Of a stretch of DNA of 64,000 nucleotides, positions 26,351 through 41,000 are shown piece by piece. A program made the position numbers and the translations under genes. How positions within the stretch are numbered: the stretch's first letter is position 1; each line of letters opens with the position of its first letter. Below the pieces are notes generated by a model, which had not been told where the DNA came from, did not search any database, and worked only from the letters and a program-made list of their open reading frames with translations. This DNA is from the human T2T-CHM13v2.0 reference genome, Homo sapiens, in the NCBI RefSeq assembly GCF_009914755.1, contig NC_060925.1. One strand, written 5' to 3'.

Positions 26351-29300
26351 TACACAGTACCAGCTACTCTGCTGTAAGGCGTAACAATTAATTGTGGCAG
26401 GAGAGTGTCATCCTCATTACCACGCCTTCTTTGATCTTTATTCTGGCTGTTCCCTTGGCCTACACCATTTCTTTGCACATCTCTGCCTACTGAAATCACA
26501 TGGATCCTTTAAGGCTCACCTCAAGTACCTGTAAAATTTTCCCTGGACCATTCCTTTCTCTAGCAGAATTAATCATATCCTCCCTTTGACTTAACAATAT
26601 TCTGTGCCTGGATGTTTTGTGTTTTTTCAAGATGGGATAGTAACAGCATTCAAAAATGTTTCATGACTACAACTCCAGTATTCATAACATTGAGTCGAGG
26701 AGATATATTTCTCTTATTCTTTGAAACAGGATGGAGCATTTTTCTTTCCCCACTACCCACCACTCCTCACTTTATTCCTTTTTTAAAAAAATTTCTCAGC
26801 CTCTAAAGGTGATGATTAAATTTGTTTATACCTATTATAGTATTTTCCATATTGAAATGTAACTCACCTATCTGTGTCTTTCTTTTTAGGACTCTAAGTT
26901 CCTCAAGAGCAGGGATAGATGAATCTGTATCCCCTATCCTTGGCAGCTACCACTGTCCCTAGTACATAAGTGCTCAATAAATGTTCTTTGCATGAACAAA
27001 CATCCTCATGCAAGACACATGGGGGTATTTCTGTGACCTACTAAGCTTGTCTCCTGGGTGTGGATTTTTATGTCTTAGTTCAGGGAGAGAAAAAAATGCT
27101 TATCAACTGTACTAACCTATAGGATGTAATTCAGTGTGTATTTATTGAAGTTAAGTCAAGTGTTACTGAAAGAATAATTTATTAAGCCATTTAAAAATGG
27201 CTATACTGAATGTGCAAAGCTTTCTATTTTAGCTCTTTCATTTGTGTTGTGATTGAAGAAAAGTTTCCTTTCAGAAAGAAAACACCATGAACTTAAATAA
27301 AATGTACCATAAGGTCTGTATTGGTACAATGATAAATTTTGCATCATAAATTGTACAATACTATAGTTAAAGATGTGCATTCTAATCTGTCTGGGAGTGG
27401 ATGGTATATGATATAGTAAATCATCATATAAAGAAATCTAAATGTAGTCTACATGCTTTTATGTTTCTGTTATATTAAAATGTATATAAAATTAGAACAT
27501 TTAATCAATGTAATTTTATCCTTACATATTAAATTGGATTTGGGGAGATAGACTGTTGACATCTACACTGACATACTCTTTAAATGCACCAAGTTCATGC
27601 ATCTAAATGGAGCAGGAAGCAAGCACAAAATTCTTATAATAGTCAAAGCTGATGACATAACACCAATACTTAAAAGGCCCTGACACAGAACATTTTCATT
27701 CTTGTTTTATGCAATCATATCAAATTGGTAACCTGGTCCCCAAGCCTACTCTGCATCATATGCAGCAAATGTGAAAATATAAATTCTAAAAACAAAACAA
27801 AATTGAGACATATTAGCATGGAGGCAGTCATTGCAGACATAAATGATTCTACTCTATCTCAACAGTCCTACGTTTTATGCTGGCTGACACAATAAGTGAT
27901 CTTCATATTGGGAAGCCAGAATCATCAAATGTATTCACATATCAAAACATCACATTGTACACCTTACATACACAATTTTTGTTTGTCAATTATACCTCAA
28001 TAAACCTGGAAAAAATATATTCAGTATGTTTGAGGAGGTTAAAAATGATGTGATAAATTAGGAAGTGTTCTAGTCAGTAAAGAACAAATTAAATATAACT
28101 CAGAACTATTTGAAAAATTCGGATATTCAGAACTTAGAGTTCACATAGTGGAGGTTTTATTGCTTTAGGATATTCTATTACGAAGAATGTAAAACCTATT
28201 ATGGCTAATAATTTTTTTTACTTAAAGGCAAACTTTCTAATGCTGATATTATTGTCTTTTCCAATTTAGATTCTATGTAAACATCACTACTTTTTAAGTT
28301 AGTTCATCTCTCGACTTTACCTAACTTGAGGTATAACACAACTTATCTCAAAACCACTCGCGTGAGTCAGACCATCCTGCAGAGACTTTCAGATGAGGAC
28401 ATATGGTGCATTCCTGAAAATAAAAGGGATGATCTGATTATTATTTTTCCTCTCCACATTTCCCCAATCTTCACATTTGGTATAATACTCAATACAAAGA
28501 ATTGCAATTTCTATAATATATGTTGTTACCAAATAATATCCATAGCACCTTAACTGTAATTATTCACACCTGGCAAGACTTCAGGTGTCATTAGACACAT
28601 TTTCTCTTCATACCTTACAAACATTAAGATTACAAGAAAGGCCACATCCTTTAGAATCATGAAAACTCTAACTTACCAGAGTACTATTCACTGTTTCCAG
28701 TGTGTTATTTTACCTTCTGACAAGTTTTATAAAGGAGAAGGGAATAAAACTAACTTACATTACATACAAGATGTTGCCTACATAGATGCCAGAAAGGGAA
28801 GCAAATGAACAGCTAGAACATATGGCAGTGAGCTGAGAGCATAAAGAAACTAGTTCTGCATGAGCAACAAGAAACATCTTGAAATGTTCAAGACATATGT
28901 GTTTTTAGGAAGAAGACTGAAGTGTTTCATAATAAAAACAGGACAAAGTGAACCATGAGTGCTGAATAAAGTTTTAATTAAAAAAGGGTTTTTAGCCTTC
29001 AATGTGAATATACAATATGCTTCACAGATGGATTTTATATTTAAGTCTTATCCAAACCAAAAAAGTAAGTGAGACAAATAAAGCTTCTGAAAATGGCACC
29101 AAGGCTAAAATGTATGTAAACAATGAAGAGTTCTGGTACAAACAAACAAGGAAGGAAGAACAATCCTTCTGCCATCCATTTTCCACTTGCACATTGCGTA
29201 AGTAGATCATATAACCTACCTTTGGTGCAAATACATGTCTCTCCAGTTTAAATATATAATAGACACACATAATTAGGGAACAATCTAAATGTCCAATAGA

Positions 29301-30564
29301 GGAATGGTTAAATTACTTTCTATCAATGGGATATTAGCCGTTAAGAAATACACTTATGCATCATTTTAGAAAAATGAAGAAATGTACATGTATTAATGTT
29401 AAAATAGTAGGATACAAAATTTGTAAAAGAACCCCAACTTTAAAAATGCAAGAATATTGCAATAAAATATACAAAAATATTAGCAAGTTACCTCAAAGTT
29501 TTTACTTTCATATAACGACTTCTCTGACTCTTCCATTAATAGTTTTTACGTAACACTGCTTTTTAAAATCACAAAATAATGGACATTTGAAAAGTCTAAT
29601 TAAAGTTGAAATATTTATCTAGAAAACCTGATATAAAACAAAAATGGTTCTAAGTTTATCAGAAAATATTTTCATATTAATCTTTGATGTCTAAATAATG
29701 GTGACCATTATCTATATAGCTTCATTCTTGTTTCAAGACAAGAAAAAATTATTCCTGAAGTTCACTGGCTATAGGCAAACAAAGAATGACAGGTAATCTC
29801 TACACTAAAAATCCAGGCACCTAGCAGATGAAGATCTGACAATAACGTATAAGAAGCACACAGGGCCAATGGATATACTTTTCTATTTTTTCCTTGAAAA
29901 AAAGTTTAAAGCAAACATAAAATGATATCTAAAGCTCTTTACAACACATCTAAAAAGCATGGGTTTAAGCTGGAAAATCTCTTGGCAGTGAGTTTGGTAT
30001 TTGAGCATATCTTAATGCCAGGAAATATTTTTATATTGCAAAATATTTATTTTTAAAAGTTCAGCTGAAATTGGAGTTTTTATGAGATCTTTAAGATGGA
30101 TCAAAAGTATATTCAGAAATAGCTTTCCTTACAAGGTTTTTTGAAGGTTTCATTTCATTTAGAAGCCATATTTATTTATTGTCAATACCCACCGATGTGC
30201 GCCCCTACATGACACTCTAGCTCAAGAAAAGTGATCAATTTGCTGCTCCCAAACACACTTCATTAACCCTTGTTTCCATACCTTTATGCCACTGCTTAAT
30301 TTTTCCCAGTTAACAGTAATTTTCTCCTTTCCTACCTATTGCAATTCGACCTGTCCTTCAGACTGAAGTCATGTCCCTACTCTACTCATAAAGCCTTTTC
30401 AGATAAATAACTTTAGTTCTCTCCATCCTTTGAACTCATACTACTCATTGACTCCTCAGCAAATATGAATTCCTTTGTGATATCTCTTACTATGATCTTT
30501 TCAAGTATTTATTTCATCTGCTAAACTACGTTGAAAGTTCTGTGAGAACATTTAAGAAGCCAGT

Positions 30565-30788
30565 TTTTGTTGTTGTTGTTGTTGTTTTGAGACAGGGTCT
30601 CACTCTGTTGCCCAGGCTGGAGTGCAGTGGTGGAATCATGGCTCACTCCATCCTTGCACTCCTGGGCTCAGGTGATCCCTCCTACCTCAGCCTCCCAAGT
30701 AGCTAAGGCTACAGGCACATACCACCATGCCCAATTAATTTTTGTATTTTTTTGTAGAAGCTAAGTCTTGCTATGTTGCCCAGGCTAG
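30565..30788 (-). mobile_element. Partial Alu (AluJ-like) with (TTG)n tail
   Basis: TTTTGAGACAGGGTCTCACTCTGTTGCCCAGGCTGGAGTGCAGTGG. Confidence 0.9.
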
Positions 30789-31116
30789 TATTTTTTCTTT
30801 ATGTCATCCAGTGTGTAGTTCACAAGTGCTCAATAAATATGCTGAAAGATGAGAAATGGCTGGAGAAACACTGACTACAAAACTCTTACCCTTGGCTTTA
30901 ATGTAACCTTTGGGATGTCAGATATATCTGCTCAATCATATTATGAAAATGGAAACCCATTATTTGAGTACCCAAATATTTTTGGGGGAAGAGGACAAAA
31001 TTTAAATTCTATTATAAGGCATACAAAGGATCTTCATGTGATTTCAACACACATTTCCACCTTATCTTGATCCCAATTTCACCATATACCCTTATACTCT
31101 AACCATATTAAAATTC

Positions 31117-31711
31117 TTTTTTTGTTGTTATACTTTAAGTTCTGGGATGCATGTGCAGAACATGCAGGTTTGTTACATAGGTACACACGTACCATGGTGG
31201 GTTGCTGCACTCATCAACTCGTCATCTACATTAGGTATTTCTCCTAATGCTATCCCTCCCCTAGCCCCCACCTCCCGACAGGCCCCAGTGTGTGATGTCC
31301 CCCTCCCTGTGTCCATGTTTTCTCATTGTTCAACTCCCACTTATGAGTGAGAACATACAGTGTTTGGTTTTCTGTTCCTGTGTTAGTTTGCTGAGGATGA
31401 TGGTTTCCAGTTTCATCCATGTCCCTGCAAAGGACAGGAACTCATCCTTTTCTATGGTTGCATAGTATTCCATGGTATATACGTACCACATTTCTGTATC
31501 CAGTCTATCGTTGATGGGCATTTGGGTTGGTTCCAAGACTTTGCTCCTGTGAACAGTGCTGCAGTAAACATATGTGTGCATGAGTCTTTATAGTAGAATA
31601 ATTTATAATCCTTTGGGTATATACCCAGTAATGGGATTGTTGGGTCAAATGGTATTTCTAGTTCTAGATCCTTGAGAAATCACCACACTGTCTTCTACAA
31701 TGGTTGAACTA
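31117..31711 (-). mobile_element. 5'-truncated L1PA (3' UTR plus ORF2 C-terminus)
   Basis: TTATACTTTAAGTTCTGGGA...; ORF 31330-31581 gives FAGTWMKLETIILSKLTQEQKTKH. Confidence 0.93.
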
Positions 31712-32400
31712 AAAGTTCCCTGAATATGCTGTGCCTCTTCATGCCTCCATGCAAGCTCTAATGGCCTACTTCTCCTCTTCTGACAAAATCATCCTTTAAG
31801 ATCAAGATGAAAGGCTGAATCCTTCATCATATCTTTCTTCATTTGTTAAGGAAGTGGTTGCTTCCTCTTTCATGCTCCATAAGTACCCACCTAAACATTT
31901 CCTTCATATATTTACTTATATTGTACATATCCATAATACACAACATTTTATAACACACTGTAATGCATTTGTGAGAGATCCGGATACATCTTATTTATTT
32001 TATTTTATATTTATTTATTTTATATTTTCCTAGTGCTACTGATAATATCTGTATTATCAGCTTCATTATAAGCAAATATCAATATTTGCTTAATGAATGC
32101 ATAAATGAACGATTTTGATAACTGCTTATATTAAAGGAGAAAAAAAAAACCCCTGGGATTTAAAGGTTAGTCATGGATAAACCAAAAGGTATATAGTTCA
32201 CATGGAATCTAGAGCCAAGCATTATGTTTCTTGGAGCTCAAGGTATTTTTGCCTGTTTTTATAAAAAATAAAAATAAAATCAATCCAGATGGTGAAGAGG
32301 CTAACACAACGAAAATATTTTAAAAGAAGGAAAAATTAAAATCAGAAAAAAAGTCCCATATGCTCCTTCCCACAGAGAAAGCTGTGAATAGGTGCTAGAT

Positions 32401-32550
32401 CCATGGTTCTCAAACCTGGGTAAGCATTATAATCACCTAGAGAGACTAAAAACTTACAGATGTTAAATTTACTGCTTCAGGATCTCCAGAGGCTGGGATT
32501 TTTAACAGGCTTCCTGAGTGATTCTGATCAGTTAGGATTTGGAACCACTG
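32401..32550. mobile_element. MER5-like hAT DNA transposon fossil
   Basis: Inverted termini CATGGTTCTCAAA ... TTTGGAACCACTG. Confidence 0.65.
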
Positions 32551-33851
32551 ACCTTGAACATAAATAATCAAAAGCCTCATCAGCTTTAGACCTGGATGTT
32601 ATATAGTCATGCTTATCCCCCTAAATAGATTAATATTAGATATGTCTCAGATATTCTAGTTCTGAATCCTACACCTAGGAAAAGTTCTTCACAAATTATG
32701 ACAATTTCCAATTATGCGTGGTGAGTAGATTACTGCATTTTAAAAATCCCATGCACTCTTCATTACTAAACATTTCTAGTAGAGCTGCTAACAAATTACA
32801 AGTTGACTAATTTCCTTTCCTATTCAATGTAGCAAAGGTGGGTTAATAAGTAGGTGAACTAACCAACAGGGACAGAGTAAGAGCAGAGAAAGCAAATGTT
32901 TGGAGCTATTCACAAACATATTAAAAATGTTTAAATAATGGAAAACTAGCTTCCTCCAATATAGCAATGGATCAATCACTGAAAATCAAATACCACCTCT
33001 TAAAATCCAACATTAAACTCAATACCTAAGGAAAATCAAACAATAGTAGGGAAAAGTTCTATAGACTATTTATGAGAAAATACTAACATTTGAATGTAAG
33101 TCCTAGTTCAGACACTAACACTCCCACCGTGTGACCCACAGGAGACACTTAACCCAAACTTGAGTTTTCTTGTTTGTAAAAAATGTAAATTATAATCCCT
33201 GTTCTACCTAATTCACAAACGTGTCATGGAAGGATACAATGAAATAAGTTAAATGCTTGAAAAGGATAATGGATGATATAAAATGCAAGCTATTATTTAT
33301 GAAAAAAAGCTTATTAGAAATAGTTTTTCCAAGGTTTTAAATATTTGGTAGACAAAAATTCACTAAAGTCAAATGTTCTTTGTTTTCCATTTTCCCAACA
33401 TAAACACTTGAAAATACTTCGTAATTCAAAAGCTGGCATCTTTTCTTTCATTTGGCAAAAACAATTCCCCTCCAGGTTTCCAGTGGAAGTGAAATTATTT
33501 TGACTGTTTTTGTTTAAGATTATCAACAAAAACCTCTCCAAATTATGCTGCTTCTATGCCAAAACACATTCTTTATGCAGCACAGTTGTAGGAATGTATT
33601 ATATGTGAGCCACTGCTGGACCACAAAGGGGAATTAGGATAGCATATTTTTTTCTATCCGTTAGGAATATTCAAAATATTTTCAACATGTCCTTGTTAAG
33701 TGATAGATTCCTTTTCAATATAATATTTTCTTTAACCACAGAATATTAGGAGCTATGCTAAGTAATTATTTCCGAAATAAATATTTTAGATGAGTCAAAT
33801 AGTGAGCTATATAATAATAATAATAATAAATATTATTTATAGAGCCCTTAC

Positions 33852-35023
<1,172 letters not shown>

Positions 35024-35053
35024 TGAGATGGGTCTACTTAAAAATAAAAATAT

Positions 35054-35088
35054 GTGTGTGTGTGTGTGTGTGTGTGTTTGTGTGTGTG
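35054..35088. repeat. (TG)n microsatellite
   Basis: Direct reading. Confidence 0.95.
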
Positions 35089-38000
35089 TATCTATCTGTA
35101 TGTACATATGTAATCATATGTTATAATCTTCTGAAAAAGGTGAAATCACATTGAACATTCCTAAGAGCTATGGAAACATTCATCTGGCTGAGCTCCTGTA
35201 GGGTCACTTCTGCTGAACTAGAGTGATTAACTTCTACCTCTAACATTCTCCAAATTGGAAAAATATGGTTAATTTTATAAAACGTAAGTGTGCTAAATTA
35301 AAAAAAAAATCCAGAAAAAACTTCCTAGGATTGAAACTGGTTTTAGAGAACATACTCTCAAACTAAATTTATTTTTGTTTTAAAAATACTACCTTAACTG
35401 TATAACATATAAATGGATAATATTCTCTAACTGAACTCGTGTTTAGCTTCACATGTAAAACCTACATAGAACTTCCTTACCAATATGCACAAGGTATAAA
35501 AGGTTAATAGAATGTTTTTAAAAACTGAAATAATGACACTAAGGCAGCTGTCTATGCCTGGATGGATTTGTGCACAAAACAATGAAACTAATGACAGGGA
35601 AAAAGGTACAAAATTATCTTTATGCATCTACTATTTATCAGGTACAGTCTAGTCACTTTGCATCTTTTACCTCATGCAGTCTTCATAGTAACCATCCTAG
35701 GTGGGTATTATTCCCATTCCATGGACAGTAAAATTAAAGTTTGAGATCTCTAGGTATTCCCACATTACAGACTCTAAGCCCACATATATAGTGCTGTTTT
35801 TATTATCTCACACAGCCTACATAAATTAAATAACTAGTAAATTTAAGAGCCATATCAAAATATCTGAACACAGTAATTTGGTCCTATGTCTTAAAATAAT
35901 TCTTAATATTTTTCTATACATATTCAAATAGCCCATTTTTTTCTCTGATCAAATCCTCAACATCTTCCCAAGTACTATCTCTACTGACTTTGAATTTTAG
36001 TCATCACAATGACCATTTAATGAACACCATGCATTGTACTAGGTACTCCATGTACATTAGCTCTTTAAACAATTACAACAACTCTATGAAAATATCTTCC
36101 ATTCTACCAGTGAGAAAGCATGTTTCCATAAAAGTTGAAGAATACAGAGGTGACAAATTTAGAGAATGAAATCCAGGGTCTGTTCAACTGTAGAACCAAC
36201 AGTACTGCCATTATGCCAAATGGAATATTTTTCAAACTACAAATACTGTTTACCAGATCATTCATAAAAGCAAGGTATTATGATAAGGCCTAATATATGA
36301 CAAAGAATGTCCATATATATTTTCCCATTTAATCATAACACTTATCTGAAGAATGGAGGACATTTATTATCCTATTTCATAGGTAGACAAAGATGAGGTT
36401 CAGAAGGTTGAAAGGCAGTGCTTTTTCTATGATACAATGTTGCTGTCAGTCTTTTGGTAATAGAAATACATATATAATATAATAAATATGCAAAGTATAA
36501 ATACACTTATATAACAAACATAAATAAATCATATGTATTTCAAATATACATTTGGTATATAAAATTTAAAATATATATATAAATAAATCCTTCTCCAACC
36601 TTTTGTCTGCTTATATAACTAATTTTACCTTTAAAAAAAAAGAAATCAGTAAATTAGTGAAGAGTTATTTTCATTGATCAATGAAAGTCTCTAACAAGAT
36701 ACACTTATTCTCAATTCTATGGCAGCTGTTCAAAGACACTGTCTTTCATTAAGAGTTTTTCCTCACCTTCCTTCTGAATTCTATGATATACCAAAAAAAG
36801 CTAAACTTCTTTAAATTTTTACTGAAACAGAAATGTAGTGATGCTTAAACTTGTGGTTACTCAGCTAAAGAGGTGACTGGGGTTCCAGAGGAAGTGCATC
36901 CTAAGTCTTTACCTAGAACTATCCCATACATAACTCCGGTGCCCATGAACTCTCAGGTCAGTTAAAATAATTCTGCATTGATGTGCCTTTCATACACTTC
37001 CGCCAATTTCTTCCTTAGTTGATGAGATAATCTCTTTGTTTTTAGTGCTCAGATGTTGGAAATTTGCTATAGGTTTTAATGCGTAAAGGTAAGTTCACTT
37101 ATTTTATCCACTGAAGTTCTTTCTGAAGAGATACCAGCTCCACCATTTAAAAACATATGAACTATAACAAACTGAGTTTTTTAACCACTTATCTAGTTGA
37201 GAGGCAGAGTTGGGTTTACCTTCAAGTCCAAGCTTTCTCATTTACTGGTTGTGTTTATCACTGGCTAATCACAGCAGTTTAATTTCTCAGTTTCCTAGTC
37301 TGTAAAACTGAGATTACACATACCTACCCCCTACTACACAGATACGTTGTGAAAATCAAATAAAAAAAAGATGTAAATTACCGAGTACAGATGGCAGTCC
37401 TTAATAAATATTAGTTTAATTCCCTTGGTTTAAGACCTTTAAAAAATATACTAAGGTCAGAAGAAGAGGAAAAAAAAAAAACCATCTTCCCACTCCACAA
37501 AAAAACCTGTAAACTTTCATATACTATACAAATTAGAGGAGAATATGTTATCCTCCATCAGGCTCCTCAGCTTGAATGCAACATACCAAGATTTAAGATA
37601 TAACTTAAACAATGCTGCATTTCACTGAGATGATTTTGTTTGAATATTCACATAAATACCCTACTTATCATATTAACTCTTAATTAAGACAGCTAACCAT
37701 AGTTTCTAGATTAAGTTGGTTGCATTTGAAAGCTAGAAGATAGAGAATTATTCAATCTTTGAGTCAAAAATGAACTGTTTGTGAATGACAAAAGATAAGG
37801 CATTGGGACAGAAAATATTTAAGGCTCATCTTTGGAACCAAGAAATTTGCATTTAATAAAAGAGGTTTAAACTCCATTGAAATATAAGGTGCTCAAAACC
37901 ATTGCAGGCAATTGCTACCTCGATCCACTTTCTAACATTACACTTATCACCCCTTGCAGTAGCAGTTTAGGAGCTGGTCTTAGTCACCTGAGCTCCATGT

Positions 38001-41000
38001 ATATTAGTTAATTAACCAAGTAATAAACAAAAAGGCAGGCCATTATATTAGAAAACTTCTTATTTAAAAAAATTTAAGAGTATCCATTTGAAAATCAGAT
38101 TTCATTATGGAAACATTAACTCTGAACTGAGGAACTATTTCTTTCTTCTTGAGTACTGTGGGTACAACCAAGATGTTTCTCTCATCCTTTTCATTTTTAT
38201 GTCTCTTGGCTGCAAGTACAGGTAGACTTGCTGATAGCAACAACCCTGTTAGACTTCTCATCTCCTATATCCAAATAGAAATAGGCTTTGTATTGCTTTT
38301 GCTGGCCCTTCGATGTGTTTTTTCTTTCATGCAGTCATTCAACAAAATTTGATTGAACAACTAGGCCATGGGATGCACAGTTAAACAACTAGAATAGCAA
38401 TCTGCACTAGGGATGCAGATTTAACAACTAGGCCATGGGATGCAGAGGTAAACAAGGCCCCAAATCACTGACCAGTAAAAACAGGTAAGATAGTCACTGA
38501 TAATTCAGTTTGCTAAGTGCTATAATAAAGATATGTCCAGTTTGTGATGCCATGGATATAAAAATGAAGAAATGACCCTTCCCTAGAAGAGCCTACACAC
38601 AATATGCTAAACATGAGTCAATCAATAGATATTGTACTGTAATTGTTGACTTGTCTGTCCCACCATCAATAGTCAGGGTAAGCTCCTTGAGTTCAGAAAT
38701 CCTGATTTATCTCACTCTCATGTCCAGTACTTTCATGAAGGTCATCTACAAATATAGCAAAATGCACTTTCTTGAAAATCTCCTTAGTAGCTTTATTGAG
38801 GTATCATTGACATAAAAAAATTTATGTAATTAAGGCATAACTTGACGTTTTGATATATGTATACACTATAAAATGATGTCAATCAAGCTAATTAACATAT
38901 CCATCACCTCTACATAGTTACCATTTGTGTTTGTGTCTGTTGAGAAGATTTAAGACCTGTCTTCTTAGCAAATATTAATTATACAACACAGTTTATTAAC
39001 TATCATCACCATGTTGTACATTAGATGTCCAGAAGTTATTCATCTTTCATAGCTGAAACTTTGTACCCTTTGATCAATATCACCCCATTTCCTTCTCCCC
39101 TCAATCCCTGGCAACCACCATCCTACTTCTACTTCTATGAGTTTGACTATTTGAGATTCTCATATGAGTGAGATCATGAAGTATTTTTCTGTGTCTTGCT
39201 TATTTTGCTTAGCAAGATGCCATAAAACTCCATCCATGTAGTCACAAATGGCAGGATTTCCTTCTTTTATTAAGGCAGAATAGTATTCCTTTGTGTATAT
39301 ATATACTACATTTTATTTTCCATTCATCCATTGGTGGACACTTAGGTTGATTCCATATCTTGGCTATTGTAATACTGTAATGAACATAGTAATATAGATA
39401 CCTCTTTGCAATTCTTATTTCAATTCCTTTGAATATATACCCAGAAGTGAAATTGTTGGATCATATGATAGTTCTATTTTTAATTTTTTAAGTCACCTTC
39501 ATACTGATTTCCATAACGGCTATGGAAAAACACTTGTTATCTTTTGTCTTTTTGATAGTAGCCATTCTAACCTGTGGGAGGTGATATCTCATTGTGGTTT
39601 TGATTTGCATTTCCCCTGATAATTAGAGATGTTGAGCAACTTTTCGTATTCCTGTTGGCCTTTTGAATTCCTTCTTTTGAGGTCCTTTGTCCATTTTTAA
39701 ATTGCTATTTGTAATTTCGGTATTAAGGTGTATGAGTCCCTTATATATTTAGGATTTAACCCCTTATTGAATATACGGTTTGCAAATCTTTTTTCCTCAT
39801 TCCGAATATTGTCTTTACATTTTGTTGATTGTTTGCTATACAGAAGCTTTTGAGTTGGGTGTAGCCTCAACTCTTTATTTTTGCTTTTGTTGTCTGTCCT
39901 TTTGTTATCATATCCAAAAATATTATTGCCAAGACCAATTTCAAGGAGATTTTCCTTATGCCTTCTTGTACGGTTTTGTGGTTTCAAGTTTTACATTTAA
40001 GTCAATCCATTTTGAGTTGATTTTGTGTATGGTATAATGGTCCAATTTTATTTTTTGTTTTGGCACTTGGATATACAGTTTGCCAAACATCATTTTTTTT
40101 ATTATACTTTAAGTTTGGAATACATGTGTAGAATGTGCAGGTTTGTTACATAGGTATACACGTACCATGGTGGTTTACTGGACCCATCAACCAGTCATCT
40201 ACATTAGATATTTCTTCTAATGCTATCCCTCCCCATCCTCCACCCCACAACAGGCCCCGGTGGTGTGATGTTCCCCTTGCTGTGTCCATGTGTTCTCATT
40301 GTTCAACTCCCACATATGAGTGAGAACATGAGGTGTTTGGTTTTCTGTTCCTGTGTTAGTTTGCTGAGAACGATGGTTTCCAGTGTCATCCATGTCCCTG
40401 TAAAGGACATGAACTCATCCTTTTTTTATGGCTGCAGAGTATTCCATGGTGTATATGTGCCACATTTTCTTTATACATTCTATCATTTATGGGCATTTGA
40501 GTTGGTTCCAAGTGTTTGCTATTGTGAACAGTGCTTCAGTAAACATATGTGTGCATGTGTCTTTATAGTAGAATGATTTATAATCCTTTGGGCCTGTGCC
40601 CTGTAATGGGATTGCTGGGTCAAATGGTATTGCTGGTTCTAGATCCTTGAGGAATCGCCACACTGTCTTCCACAATGGTTGAACTAATTTACACTCCCCC
40701 CAACAGTGTAAAAGCATTCCTATTTCTCTACATCCTCTCCAGCATCTGTTGTTTCCTGACTTTTTAATGATCGCCATTTTAACTGGCATGAGATGGTATC
40801 TCATTGTGGTTTTGATTTGCATTTCTCTAATCATCCGTGTGATCATGAGCTTTTTTTCATATGTTTGTTGGCCACATAAATGTCTTCTTTTGAGAAGTGT
40901 CTGTTCATATCCTTCGCTCACTTTTTGATGGGGTTTTGTTTTTTTCTTGTAATTTTATTTAAGTTCCATAGATTCTGGATATTAGCCCTATGTCAGATGG

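Noticed and set aside
29022-29270. Hydrophobic minus-strand ORF as another relic exon
   Set aside because: No convincing splice sites or motif; expected by chance in T-rich DNA
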